A stretch of DNA of 64,000 nucleotides, from assembly GCA_046563655.1 (NCBI GenBank), contig CM102290.1, positions 5,642,001 to 5,706,000 on the forward strand, written 5' to 3'. This document shows positions 13,701 to 26,470 of this stretch, piece by piece. The notes below the pieces were generated by a model. The model searched no databases. It saw only the letters and a list, made by a program, of their open reading frames with translations, and was not told where the DNA came from. The stretch is from Yuukianura sp. NJ FZ-2021. Taxonomy: Eukaryota. A program made the position numbers and the translations under genes. Positions within the stretch are counted from its first letter, which is position 1. Every line of letters begins with the position of its first letter.

Positions 13701-16677
13701 CTCCTCACAGTGTCTCCGTCGATAGAAATAAAAGTGGCGCGAATTTTTGGATTCGGTTTAACTTTAAAGACGTCTGGAACGAGCAAGTAGTTGTTGAAAA
13801 TCAGTCCCATGGAATTTGCCACCTCCGGTCTGTAGTTCAATTTTTGTACAAGACGTTCCGCACGTTTCATCCGTACATACTGGTCCGGTATGGCTTTGAA
13901 TTGTTGAATATTCCCTTCCACGAGGACGTTTATTTCGCCAGGATACTTCCTCATATTGTACTCTTTGACGATCCGATTCCCGGTGAGCCGACTGTCCACT
14001 ATGTGGTGATACATCTTCTTAGCAGCACTCACTTCCACAGCAGTCTCAAGTTCCTCCGGTACAGACATTATGTTCTCAAACACGACGCCATAGTAACCGG
14101 CAGCAGCAGCCCTGTCTTCTGCATTGGCCGAACGACGGAACGACTCGATTATGAGAGGAACACGACTGTACGATTCAAAGTTGTAGCCCATGTACATCCT
14201 AAGAGAAGTGTCCACTTGACGTAACTTATCTCTCACGGTGTCCAGCTCACGCTGAACTTCAGCTTTTCGGTCCCATACCTGTAAAATATATAGTCATAAA
14301 CATTATTTACTGATTTATAAACATGGATTATTGAATTTAGGTTATAAATAATTTATAGAAACTTATAGAATTTATAGAAGTCCTGTCCCTTTTCGCGAGA
14401 GCGGAAATCCATTTTGTTACGGCTCTCGCAATTGGTCGATTTCAAATCTGTGACGTCACTCTCCAAACTTATAGAAATTGTGAGCCGTGTCTGTAAATTC
14501 TGTAAATCCTATAAGTTTCAAAAATGACGTCACTACCTGCCCTAAATTGTATACTTTCTATAAAATTCTATAAATTCTCTATAAATTTATACTTTCTATA
14601 AAATTCTATACTCTCTATAAATTCTATAATTTCTATTAGGGATGCCGCGATGAATCGTTCGAGCGATGAATCGCCCGCGATTCACCCCCTTTCGTGTTTT
14701 GGGCGATGCACTAGAATCGCCCTTTTTCAGATATGAAGAATCGCTTGAATCGCGATTCATCAAGCGATTCTAGAAAATCAGTTTTTTGCCCATTTCTCCA
14801 CTTATTTTTTGAAATTTTGAAGAAATTCGAGCCGGTGTAAACAATTTTTTGCTGAAAATTGTGGCTTTAGATTAGGTTATTAGTTTAAACAACAGCATGT
14901 AACTAGGAAACACACTTTTAACCCATAATTTCCATACGGAGATAGTGAGAAACACCAGGCGCCTGGTGGAAACGTCATTCATTTGGAACGAATGGTGAAT
15001 CGCGATGCATCGCGATGCAAAACGGCGATGCATCGCGAAGGCGATTCAGGAGGTTGTAAGAATCGCTGAATAGGCGATGCGGGAAAATCCTCGAATCGCG
15101 GCATCTCTAATTTCTATAAATTCTATGCCTTCTATCAATTCTATGCTTGCTTTCTATAAATTCAATAATCGCTATAAATTCTATAAACGATATAAGATAC
15201 GTACGTCGTTACAAGAAACTTGTGGGGTTTTGTTGATATTGTGCAGATCCATTTTGTACCCCTCTATCTTGCCCCGGTTGTCCGAAATCAGCGTCCAGTT
15301 ATCCTGCAATTCCTTAAGCACTGAAGCGATACCGTCTTCCTCCTGTTGGAATTTTTGTTGAGCCAATGTTCCTTGCTGCTTCACGTTCTCCAACTCCATC
15401 TTCAACTTCTCAAGGTCAGCTGTTTTCTTCTTCTTCAGATTAGCCGCGTTGGCTACCGTTCCACGCCCAGCTACCTCCATCAGAAAGTCCACTTTGGCAA
15501 TGGATTTGGCCACTTTGGAATACGTTGCTTCTTGTTTAGCTTCCAGACTCTTGAGCTGGACTGCCTTCATGGCCAAGTTGTCTTCAACTGTGCTCAACTC
15601 CTTAGTCACATCGTCACAAGCTGCCGGTGGAGAAGACATTGTGCGGCGAGGCAAATCGTTCTTGAGGGCAGTGACACGCTGAATAACGGAAGTGAGTCTC
15701 TCATTCATCCTTTCCTTCCGAAGTGTCAGTTGGTTCAGTTCTCGAGAAACTTCGGTCAATTGAGAGTCCTGTTCACCCAACTTCCGGTTCATAACGCCAA
15801 CATTTTCTTGAAGTCGACCGATCAGATCCAAAAACTTCTTGGATTTCGGGCCAGCCTGGTCACGTCTCTCCTTGTGCTTCAGGAACTCCTTGAGAACGAT
15901 GCAGAAGTTGAGAGTGTCGCGTTGTTGTGTTAAAGCCTGGTGTTTCGTAATGACATCTCTATCGTCTTCGTATTGTTTCAGTTCCTCCTCAATATACTCC
16001 ACTTCAAGCTCAAGTAAGGTCACGTTGGTTTCGTATGGTGCGACTTCATGAAACAATCCGGCCTTCCACTCTTCAGTTCCTTTGAAGTTGGTAAGTTCCT
16101 TTAACATCTTCAAGCGTATTCCATCAGCATCAGTAGCAAAGCGACCAATGTCCCCTTGATTGATCTTGTAAATGCAATTGACAGCTTGAGATATGAGCAT
16201 AGGGTGGTGCTTTGGATCGAACTGTTGGCCATTCAAGTAGAATTTCGGGGCTCCCGTCTTTCCGAATTCGCACTTGAACGTAGCACGATCCGGAAGAGCG
16301 TAGTCTTTATTCCTATTATCCAGCTCCACTTGGATATTTGCAGTGCCGTTGTTCATCCTTCGATTTGCATTAGAGACGAGCTCATGGACAGCCTTCTCAT
16401 TCATGCGCCCCAACGTGTTCGACAGAGCCTGCAAATGTCAGAAGTGTTACTGCAAGTCGACTGTTAAACGTTATCAAATAGTCTATAAGTCTATGATAGA
16501 CTTATAGACTAAGATGGACTTATGACAACTTACGACATCGATGGCTTGGAGTAGATTGCTCTTGCCGGCTCCGTTGGGACCGATAATGACATTGAGTCCA
16601 GTAAGAACCGGATCAAGTAAGCGCACCTCGTTCTGATGTCCCTTGAATCCACTGACCTTGACCTTGGTAATGCTCAT
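10746..16677 (-). CDS. Divergent SMC3-like (cohesin) ATPase, ~11 exons, roughly 1250 aa
   Basis: Walker A GPNGAGKSN, Q-loop YKINQGDI and long coiled coils. SMC3-type hinge GYYGVV...AVEVSAAKKMYHHIVDS...PGEI...SIDGDTVRSNGPITGGY. Signature LSGGQRSVLAIA, Walker B/D-loop YLFDEIDQALD and SMC3-type QFFCTTF. Confidence 0.88.
11483..11685. mobile_element. MITE in an SMC3-like intron (AGGGATCT TIRs, internal ATCCGGAT motifs)
   Basis: Inverted termini agggatctagatccggattt ... aaatccggatttgagatccct. No clear TSD. Confidence 0.6.
13375..13659. mobile_element. Palindromic MITE family member (inverted copy at 37500-37797)
   Basis: Termini caaggttccttgacaacg ... gtcaccaaccttgg and inner inverted repeat ttaacaggtt/aacctgttaa. 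Collinear similarity to the reverse complement of 37500-37797. Confidence 0.8.
14340..15190. mobile_element. Repeat element with tttataga/ttctataaa arrays (related copy at 45110-45470); hosts a nested MITE
   Basis: The core gtgacgtcac..tttgaaatc..ccaat..gagcc is shared in reverse complement with 45210-45280. Flanking (aaattctata)n arrays. Confidence 0.65.
14637..15109. mobile_element. hAT-type MITE with 8-bp TSD
   Basis: TIRs TAGGGATGCCGCGAT / ATCGCGGCATCTCTA, perfect flanking duplication ATTTCTAT and subterminal gaatcgc motifs. Confidence 0.9.
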
Positions 16678-17854
16678 TTTGAGGGAAGATACTAGGGTGA
16701 GAGGTTGAAGATACAGGAGGAGTAACAGTGACGATTAATTGGTGAACAATTAAGGTAATAATCAAGTAACTGCAGTCAGTAACAGTAACAGTTAGTAGGA
16801 GAGAGAAGAGTCTGGAACAAAAGACAAAGCAAAAAAGAAGCCGATGATGATGGCGTTTCGAGAAGTCGGTTGAAGTAAAAGGTGACGATCATTATTGTAG
16901 CCGTGATGTTTAGCCACTCCGGTCGTTTTGAGTGGCTACGATAGATGGCAACACTTGAGTAGCAACATTTGCAGCTGCCCTAAATTTGGCTAAGCTAAAC
17001 CAAAATGGCAACAAAAGTAGCCGCATAATGTAGCCATCGAGTGTAGTTACAGTTACTACATTAATGTTAGCTAAACCTTACTCCAACCTTTGTCCCGTCA
17101 CCCAGTCATGCACAGCTGGGCACAAAACTGCAAAAAAAATTAGAACTGAGCATTTAAATTCTTAATTCTTAATCATTAATTAATTAATTAGTTAATTGAA
17201 CAATAATTATTAATCATTTAAAATAATTAAAACAAAACAGATTAACACCAAAGATCCGTTGAATAACGCGTAGACTTTACTCCAACAATTCATTAGTTTA
17301 CCTTACACCGGGTTCAGTAAAAATGGAACAAACTCAAGTAAAAAATACTAGAATAAATTAATATAATAATAAATATCATCTAATAAATTAATATAATAAA
17401 GCATATCATCTAATAAATGTAATGATAATGAACAGATCAAATGAACATAAAGGAACATCAAACATAAAGGAAACTCCAACGTCAAAACAAACGCAACCTC
17501 ATCTATTTAGTAGCTTGGAGTCAAATCAATTGCAAATTAAACTATTGTTTCTGAATACTTAAAATTAAATTAGTGTTGATAGGAAATGTGAGATTAGAGC
17601 TCGAATGATCATCTGGTGACTACTCTGGATTGAACAAGGATTAAAGTCTTTTGAGGTACGACTACAGTTCTAGGCAGGTCAATGTCGCCCACCACCGTCC
17701 CACTACGCGGCGACACTTCAGCCCAAATACTACAACTGGCCACAGGAACACAGCAGACAGGGGGACATCCGTCCAGAAAATGATGCTGCCAAAGGTACCC
17801 TGATAAGGGACCCTTAAGGGCCCTGCCCTGCCTCTCCATCAGGCTCTGTCTTTG

Positions 17855-19231
17855 CTAGTATGGCTTCGGTGGCTTGTACATGTAGTTCTTCATGTCTCCT
17901 CCAGCGCCACACCGAACCTCCGAGTACCGTTCGCCTTTGGTGCTCACTACTTGACTCTCTCGGTAACGAACCAACTTCTTTGGCTCCTAAAAAGTAAGAA
18001 ACTTCGTAACTAATCCATTGTGTAACTAGAATTTAAAGAGTTGACCTTTGACCTACCGATTTGAGTGGCGGAGGTCGAAACTCCTTCTTGTCTTCATCTT
18101 GATCGATGAAGCCGTAGCGAGCAACAATCCGATCCTTGAGAACTTTCTCGTCCTCCTCTCCTTTCCCCTTCAAAAGTTTAACCAAACCTTTAGTTGATGA
18201 GCAAACAAACTAGAAAGTAACTAAAAGTTAAACTTACGAGCGAGCACCGATTGAAGTTTGATGTAGAGGGCGAGTTTTTCCTGAAATTCCGACCACTCTC
18301 AAGCTCTGACAAAACCACTTGAACTGCCTTCTCAATGTCACCGTTCGTAGTGGCCAACAAATGCTGAGCTTCCACTTTTTGCAAAGTGGGAAACAGTTCC
18401 AGCAGCGTCTCCGTCTTGTCATCACATTGAAACTCACATGCCTACAATACCAAAACAGAAATGAGGTCAAAAGGTCAACTAAAAGTGTAAAAAGGTCAAC
18501 ATTGATTGCAAAGTAGTACCTGGAGTCTGTTAATGATATAGCTCACATCAGCGTCAGCGTCTCCGTCACTCGTTTCAGAGATTTTTGGTGAGCGACTCTT
18601 TCTGGACGAAGTGACTTTGCCAGAGGAAGTTGTGCTGCCGCTATCAGAAGATTCTGAACAGCGTTTGGGACGCATCGAGCAGTCGTTTGTCTCAATTTCG
18701 GTCAGAAACGATTCGAAAGCCAGTGAATCCGTTTTAGATTTATCTGAAACAAAAAAAAACGATTAGTTGTCGATTTATCTGAAACCAAATAAAAACGTTT
18801 TTTAAATAACAAAATTTCAATTGTTGCAACGCTGGCAGAATCTATTTGTAGAAAAGTAAAGTTACCGCGATGTGTTTCCTTGCGGATACTCTCGACTAAG
18901 TCGCAAATCCACTGCGTCACTACTCCATGCGGAATAGTTTGGAATCCGGGAATATATGCTGCCAGCATTTCACAAAATTCTTCTACATCAAAAGAGTCTT
19001 GGAGATCTCCTGTTTCCAGAGCCAAACTCTCCAGAACAGTAGCAACATAGCTGAGCACAATTTCATCGAGAGCACTGGAATTCAAAAGGAGGTCATGAGT
19101 CAGTGGAGTCATAAAAAAAAGAAGGTCGAAGTGACATACCTCAAATGGGCTGACTGGATGTGCTCGTTAATAAAACCGATGACGGATGAAGTAATGAAAT
19201 TCTCAGATTCCGATACGTGACGTGGATCCAT
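17855..19231 (-). CDS. CUEDC2: CUE domain-containing protein 2
   Basis: N-terminus ...SAHLSALDEIVLSYVATVLESL...FDVEEFCEMLAAYIPGF. CUE domain LLELFPTLQKVEAQHLLATTNGDIEKAVQ. C-terminus EPKKLVRYRESQVVSTKGERYSEV. Confidence 0.9.
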
Positions 19232-21159
19232 TCTTGTTCTTGTGGTGAGCAGGAACAACCTAAACACAAAAGTTATTTCGTCACGATTAGTAATCAGCAC
19301 CACAATTGCAACAGTTCCCTCCTACTTAACTCAAAGGCACACCGCGCTTTACTGTCGTCGGTTCGGTTTTAAAACGTTTTGTTTTCAATGAAAAGTGAAA
19401 CTATGAACTGAACGTTGACCCTGGACAAGTTGTCACCCACTGTAGTATGTCACAACCAAACTGTCTCTTCGATGCTTGTCACAACGTTAAGTTCGGGAAT
19501 AGTCATGAACATTCTTGCCTAACAATAACTTGTTGACTGACAGTGGATTCCTCCTTCCAACTTGGAAGTTCCAAGACTGTTACTCTGTAATGGAAAATGA
19601 CAGTTGAAATTAGACTTTTAATTATAAACAATTTGCTGCCTTGTGACCCATTAAACATGAGCCTCCTGTACAATTCCCATTACCTAATCAATAATGGACC
19701 ATAAAATGAGAACTACCGTCCAAGTATCAACATCAGTACATTGACATCCAGTCATAGTACTACGTCCTCCTTTGTTTACAAAGTTCTAATTTACAACTGC
19801 ATGAGTGGGTCAAGCGACATAGACTAACTATTTCTGCCATTCCCATCGTTATGTTTGGGTCATTAGCACCAACTACTTAGTTTATAAATTGATGAATGGT
19901 TGGATGACATACCCTCGGAGGACAGAGTGAGGCTGGATGTAAACAAAACAAAGATGAATGACTACACTATGACTTTTCTAGTAAGTTGAAAGTGACCTCT
20001 GCTAGTGTCGAAATGGTCGTAACTGGTCAAATGCACAACAAAGTGATGTCCGGGATGTCGACCGTTAGAATGTTGTTCCCACCGAATACCGACATGAGTG
20101 AGGATATGAAGATCGATGATTGTGAAGGACGTTCTGCAGATCAACTGAGATTTTGGCAACACATAAGAGACAGGCAAAATTGGGGCTAAAAAATACAAAA
20201 GTGGGAACTTTTGGCTCCACTAAATTCTGGAAGGTGTCTCTCACTTGGTAAAGACTCAAATGCAAGGAACAATAAGGTCAATTACTAATTAGTTTAGTGG
20301 ATAACTGCCAAGTAGGTTATGTCCAGTGCTTACTGAAGTATGGACATTGATGACAGAAAGAAACGTTGCTGAGACGAACATTTGAGATGTGCTTAATTGA
20401 AAAGTGTAAAGTTAGAATCATTGGAGATCCACTTTTGGAAAGTGGTGACCTCTGACCTTTGTGAGAAGTGAATGAAGCATAGGACTTTGTTGTTGTTTAT
20501 TTTGGTGAGGAGGATATGCGAGGGTGTTAAGTGGTTGGTTAGTTGCGGTTATCAGACAATGAACCACTTCGGTTCTCTGTCAATAAATTCAAACCATCCT
20601 CATTCTAAAACTTTCCTCAAACTCACCAATTCAGTTTCCGTTTTTTACATTTTCTCTTTTTCGGGTTTTCAATTGACTAAAGTCTCAAAATGACCAAATG
20701 TATGACAAAAATCCTGGACTAAATCGGATGCTTCGGATTTTTAGTTCGATAGACTTGTTTCAAGTCTGAATGAAATTTCAAGTTGAAATGCAAGTGAGTG
20801 GAATGTGTGGATGATCTGTGTTTAATTTCATTTGCATCTTGTCAATTCTTGATCTGGAAATCAGAAGAGTCTGGATGCGACTATGGCATGTTGCATTTTG
20901 CATTGCCACATGCGATGAATGACCTCCACATTTACATGTTACAATTTTAGTCCGACATTCCGAAGTTCATAGGTTCGTAGGTAGACTGAACTAGTTAAAG
21001 ATTTAGTTTAATTTTATCGCTGAGTCAACGTAAGTCCAGTATCTCGAAGATCCAACACTACCCACAATAAGTCGTGACCTCTAAAACGTTCTCGTGACGT
21101 TTAAAACATTATTGTGGTGACCTTTACGATTATTGTCCTGTCGTGTTATTGTTGTTGCG

Positions 21160-21532
21160 ATGAGTCCGAATTCGGGTCAAGTGAGACACTGTGAGGCTGG
21201 AAGTGAACTGGAGTTCGGTGTGACGGAGCGCGGGAAGTTGAGTTTGTACCTTGGCGGCTACAGTTTCATTCAGGAGAGACAAGGACGAGGGGGGAAAGTG
21301 ATCTGGAGGTGTGTTGAGTACACGACGAAGATGCGGTGCACTGGACGATGTCACACCATTGGCAACACTTACGTCCACTCTGGACACCACAACCATCACA
21401 AGGTCATCCGACCACCAACAATAGTCAGAGGTCACTGTTCAAATTGCCATCTTCCCACGTTGGGATTTCAGCCGCGCTACCCCGTCGGAATACCACTCTT
21501 CGCAGGGGGTGCTCAAATCATCCCACTTCCGG
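21160..21532 (+). CDS. FLYWCH zinc-finger exon (candidate 5' exon of the BTB gene)
   Basis: FGVTERGKLSLYLGGYSF...VIWRCVEYTTKMRCTGRCHT...GHHNH matches the FLYWCH consensus. ATG at 21160; phase-1 donor G|gtaagc at 21533. Confidence 0.8.
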
Positions 21533-21689
21533 GTAAGCTCAACACTCTTAACCTTTGACCCAAGTCTTTCTCACATAGCTAACCGCTGATCTGATTTTAA
21601 GCCATTTCGGTATTTGGGTATCCGGGGATCAGGATTAGGGTATTCCGGAATCAGGCTATTCCTGACTAAATTCCTGAGGTGCTTTAAAT

Positions 21690-22079
21690 CAGGGTTGCTG
21701 CTTTTTTTTAATTAAAAATCATGATTTTTTTTACTGTATTCGAGATTTTTTTTATTTAATCAAGATTTTTTTTGATTTAAATCAAATATACAATTTTGCA
21801 CGCTTAAGACCGAGAAAAATGGAAGTTGTCAATTTTACAAGCACCAACTACTTTTAGATGACACATCATCAGTTTAAAAATAGTCAAAGTTCAGTCTTTT
21901 AGAAAAATTGAAAACGATAAAATACTTTTTTTTTTCACGAAAAATTGTCGGATTTAGGCGAAATTTTGCTGAAAAAGCAAATTTTGGTCAATTTTGTGTA
22001 TTTGATTTAGGCATTGATTTAAAAAAAATTGATTAAATCAATGATTTAAATCAGCTTGCTTTAAATCAAAGCAGCGCTG
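21690..22079. mobile_element. hAT-type MITE (same family as 34623-35041, inverted)
   Basis: Termini cagggttgctg / gcagcgctg, 7/8 TSD ctttaaat/ctctaaat and subterminal gatttaaatc motifs. Confidence 0.8.
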
Positions 22080-23275
22080 CTCTAAATTGAAGTGAATTTG
22101 GTTGCGGGGATTAGGGTACTTTAATTGAATTGGAGGTGGGTACTATTCCGGGGGATTATGGAACCCTGAATTGAGTTGAAGGGGATTAACTGAAAGTGGG
22201 CTAGACAATGTTAATTCGGTATGTTGTAAATGTGTTTTGTTGAATTCGGTATGTTGTAAATGTGTTTTGTTTTGATGTCATAGGTCAGAAGGTATGATAG
22301 AGATGAGTTGTTGACTGTGTTTGGAGATGTGAGAGAGTGTTTGAGGGAGGAGAGAGGGGAGAGATGAAACAATGGACCAGAAAGGAATTAAGGCTGTGAA
22401 ATGTTTGCGTCTTGCGAGATGTGGGTCATCATGCCTCCTGCCCACCTTCCTCCCCAACAATTGCAACAATCACTCCCCTCTCTGCCTTACAAGTCCAAGT
22501 GGAAAGTGGGCCACTGACCACTTGACACTTCCCGGGAGTCGGAGGAAGTTGTCACTTCCCATCCACTTATCATTAACGGAGATGGACTCTGAGCTACCCG
22601 AAGAAAGGCCTTTCCTAGTACTCTCTTAGTCACTCTACTCCTAATCACTCTAGACTGGAAATGGTCCGTTCAAAAGAGGCTGGCAACATGATTAGTCAGG
22701 CTCAACACAAAGTCCACGATGTCATCATGCTCCAACTGACTTCGGACTGACACGCACATTAGTCAACAAATCTCCTACATTCTTCCTCTCAATCTCTCTG
22801 ACCTTGTCATCTGTACAGGCAGGCGGGCAGTTGGGTTTGCAGGCAGGCAGGAGGTCAAATACCCAGGGGAAGAGTGGAATAGTCAAACTCTGGATCCGGA
22901 ATCTGTGAAGATCCGGAGTTTGACTATGCTAGTTGCGGGCAGTTTTTGGTGTGGAGGGAGGGAGTTGGAGGTCAAGTGCCCGGAGGAAGAGTGGAGACAG
23001 ATTCCAGATCCAGAGTTGTTAATTCGGCTGTAAGTTGAGAGGATGTGGAACTGTACCTGGATTATTCTAAAGAGTGGAACCCGTGTCGGGGAAGAAGGGG
23101 AAATTCCAACCCCCAACTAAACCACGGACAGTCTGCCCCTCTCCGAACAACCACTCTCTCCCAACTGATTCAGTTGACTCTTACCAGCCTCAGTAGCAAC
23201 TACTCTCCTCTTCCCTTATCAACAACAACAGTGACTGTGACCTCTGTGACCTCTCTCCCCCCGCCCCACTCTTTC

Positions 23276-23774
23276 ATGAGTTCAGTACTTTTGAATCTAA
23301 AGACCGAGTCCAGTCCCATCCCTTTCCCCACTTATGCCTCCCCCAGTTCCGGAGGTGGCAGTGTGGGCAGTCCCAGTGGCTGTGGTGGGCCCAATAGTGC
23401 TGAGGCTAAAATGTTTCTGTCCCACGGCGGAAGACCCACCAAAGGAAACGGCCGGAAGAGGAAGGGGGTGGACGAGTATGCAGCCGAAAATCGGATTGAC
23501 TTTACTTCGCGGTCTATAATTCGAGATGGGCAGTTGGTTCGGATTTTGGTGTGTCGGTTTTGTTGTCAGTCGATCGGAGCAAGGTCGGATCGGATCAAAG
23601 AGCATTTAGCTAGCAAGAGACATCAGAAACTGAAGTTGGAAGCATTTCGAGAGGCAGCAGAAGCAGGGCGTGACTTGTCCACAGAGTACAGTGACGACAG
23701 TGCCTCAGGCCTTCTACCCGAACCACCGATTACGATGCTCAAGTTCCCTGGAAAAGCATTGGCTCACTTGCTCG
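23276..23774 (+). CDS. BED/CGGBP1-like C2H2 zinc-finger exon (candidate 5' exon of the BTB gene)
   Basis: NLS GRKRK followed by LVCRFCCQSIGARSDRIKEHLASKRH. ATG at 23276, with an alternative phase-1 acceptor at 23231. Phase-1 donor G|gtaaac at 23775. Confidence 0.75.
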
Positions 23775-24537
23775 GTAAACGCATTCTCATTTTTTCGGAA
23801 ATCCCTCGGGGCTAAAACTGAAACCCTCCGGGCTTAAGTCGGGGCATTTAACAACTTTTATTGTCTTTTCGGTCCGAAGGGCCGCCGGGTATTTGGAAAA
23901 AGAAGGGCGGGTATTTAGAAAAAGAAGGTGATGGGGGCGGGTATTTCGAAAAAAAATGGTGGGGGGGGGGTCTTGAGAAGGGGGGGGCCAAGAAGAGGTT
24001 CACACTCACCTACTTTCGATATGCTAATTCCCGTCTTTTTTCGCAGTAGTGGCCAAGTAGGAATGACTATCCTCTGAACATCTCTTGTCCACGAGTCCGG
24101 TTCTCACAGATTTAATTCAACCACTCAACTTGTGCCCATTTTTTTTATTATCTGCTCTACTACGACGTTGTTCGGACACTTTTAAATGGGCGGGCGGGTG
24201 ACCCGGATGAGGGGAGCGGGTAAATCAGGGCTTAATTGAGCAGATTGATTCTGATTGGCTTGATTGCGTGAGTCAGAGGGGGAGAAAGTTTTGGTTTGGG
24301 GAGACTGTTGCCATGGGGATGATCTCTCCGATGACACCCTGCCCTGCTTTTTACTGTGATAACCTGATCCAAGACTCCCATCTTCTTGACCTCTCAGAGG
24401 TTATCACTCCCCTAACTTCGGATTCTCTTTCTAAATGTGAGAGTTGTTAACTGTGAGAAAGAGACTAAATTTAGTCTCATGCAGACTAAAAATGAGTCCC
24501 ACTTCAGTCCGATTAATATTTGAACTTTGTTTTTCAG

Positions 24538-24636
24538 ATGGAGAGCAACAGCGAGAAGGGAGACAGTCATCACATGAGTTGACGCCCGAACCAGAGGAAC
24601 GGAGACAGTCCATGCCCACCCCGCCCCCACTCAGAG
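24538..24636 (+). CDS. 99-nt symmetric phase 1-1 linker exon of the BTB gene
   Basis: ttttcag acceptor and G|gtaatt donor around the open frame DGEQQREGRQSSHELTPEPEERRQSMPTPPPLR. Confidence 0.65.
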
Positions 24637-26159
24637 GTAATTAAGAGTCTAATTAGGTGGGTATTCCCCAGTGGGGACTGGGTATTCCCCACTTCCACCT
24701 TCAAATCCCCGTCTTCGGATGGAAAGTGAGGGGAATGAGATGAGCCACTTGTTGGATTTGTGCACAGACCTAAGCACATTCTTCACGTTCCACTTTCCAC
24801 AGATCTGGTGGGGGAGGGTCTGGCAGGGGGGGGGTTTGTGTAGCAAGAGAGTGTATTAGCCTGGGGAGGCTGCTGTAACCAGGACACACTCCGCCAGTCG
24901 GGGTCAAAGGCCTCCGGATTAGTCCAGACTCTTAGTATTTAATGAGTGATAGACTTCTGAAGTATTGCGAAAGCCCTTCAAGTCCCCCCCCCCCGTAAGA
25001 GGGGGACTTGAGGGTCGTAGCTCGTGTCAACATGGGCATGAGATGCGTCCGTGGGATTGGCTCATGCTCTCCTGTGTTCCCAATCTTCCAATCTCCAAAA
25101 CCCGTTCTGTGTGAAGAGAAATTGAGGATAGCGGAGAGGGAAGTGTGGGGTGGATTTGTGCTATTTCGTGCCATAGCTTTACTTATGTACTTCATATACT
25201 GTGCAAAAATGAGAATGATGTTAGTAAATCCTTCTACTTTGGCCTTCCATTGTGTTAAAGTAGGGACTCTCCTTCCTCTTCCCACCAAAGTCCCACACTC
25301 ACTCACCTCCGATTTCTTTTTCTTACCTTGACTAATAGCCCTACCCACTCCCCATTTCTACCCGCCGGGGATTTGATATTACCCGGGTTTTTCAAATTCA
25401 GCAGTTTTAGCCATCTCTTCCGCTCTTTTTTTTTGTAAAGTATTGTTCTTGTAGACTGGATTTTCCTGTCGATTTGAGTCCATTCCAACCTGTTGAACCA
25501 CTCAGATCCCCCCATCTTGTCTGAATACTTTCTCCCCCTGAGGTCAATTCTCATCCGATTTGTGTCATTTGGTTCAAGTGTGTGACGAAACACATGGACT
25601 GAGAGAAGTGTTCGCTCTGATTGTTCGGATGAGAGACGCCTCAAGTTGATGTTGATGGTGGAGGGTGGTTGGGAGGGTGGATCTACCTGTTGCAGGAGGG
25701 AAGTCAAAAGGAAACCGAATCTCTAACCCCCCCATCTCTCAACCCCCCCCCCCCTCATCCGTATCCCCCTCCACCAACCGAAACCACTCTGATGGCTCCA
25801 CTTGACTTCCTCCGAGGGACTAAAATTATTCACCCCCTTGAGGAGCAGTTGGACACGCTCCTCTGCTCCCCTCTCGCAACAGGTCCATTTCAACTCTACA
25901 CTCTCTTTTCCTTGTTTTGAAGCACAACAAGTGGGATCCACTTTACACAATTTAGAACCGAGCCACAGATCCGCTTCGGAGGGAGCAGGATTAGAAAAAC
26001 ACTTCTCTCTCTCTCAAATCACTTCAAAACACACCAACTCAAAAGAGACAAACACCAATAAACTCCAAAACTTTCAACTTCACAATTTTGAAATATCACT
26101 TTTTTAAAATATAGGAAAACCACAATTTCAACAAGTTCAAAATGTAGGAACATCCACGA

Positions 26160-26470
26160 CTTTAAAATTTAGAAGGATCACAATTTCAAAGTATTATAGA
26201 AAAATTAATTTCAAATTTAAAAGGATCACAATCTCAAAATTTATAAAGATCACAATTTCAAAATTTAAAAATCATCGCCATTTCTGAAGTTTAGAAGATT
26301 ACGATTTCAAAATTTAAAAAACATTACCATTTCTGAAGTTTAGAAGATTACGATTTAAAAATTTAAAAAACATTACCATTTCTGAAGTTTAGAACATCAC
26401 AATTTCAAAATTAAAAAACATTACCATTTCTGAAGTTTAGAAGATCACAATTTCAAAATTTAAAAAGATG
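26160..26470. repeat. Degenerate ~49-bp tandem repeat
   Basis: Repeats of aatttcaaaatttaaaaaacattaccatttctgaagtttagaagatcac. Confidence 0.8.

Noticed and set aside
15346..15933. Long antisense ORFs over SMC3-like and TAF1 exons
   Set aside because: These are shadow ORFs on the opposite strand of real coding exons.
19962..20265. Short ORFs upstream of the FLYWCH exon as a further variable exon
   Set aside because: No recognisable domain or phase-compatible donor; more likely UTR or intergenic sequence.
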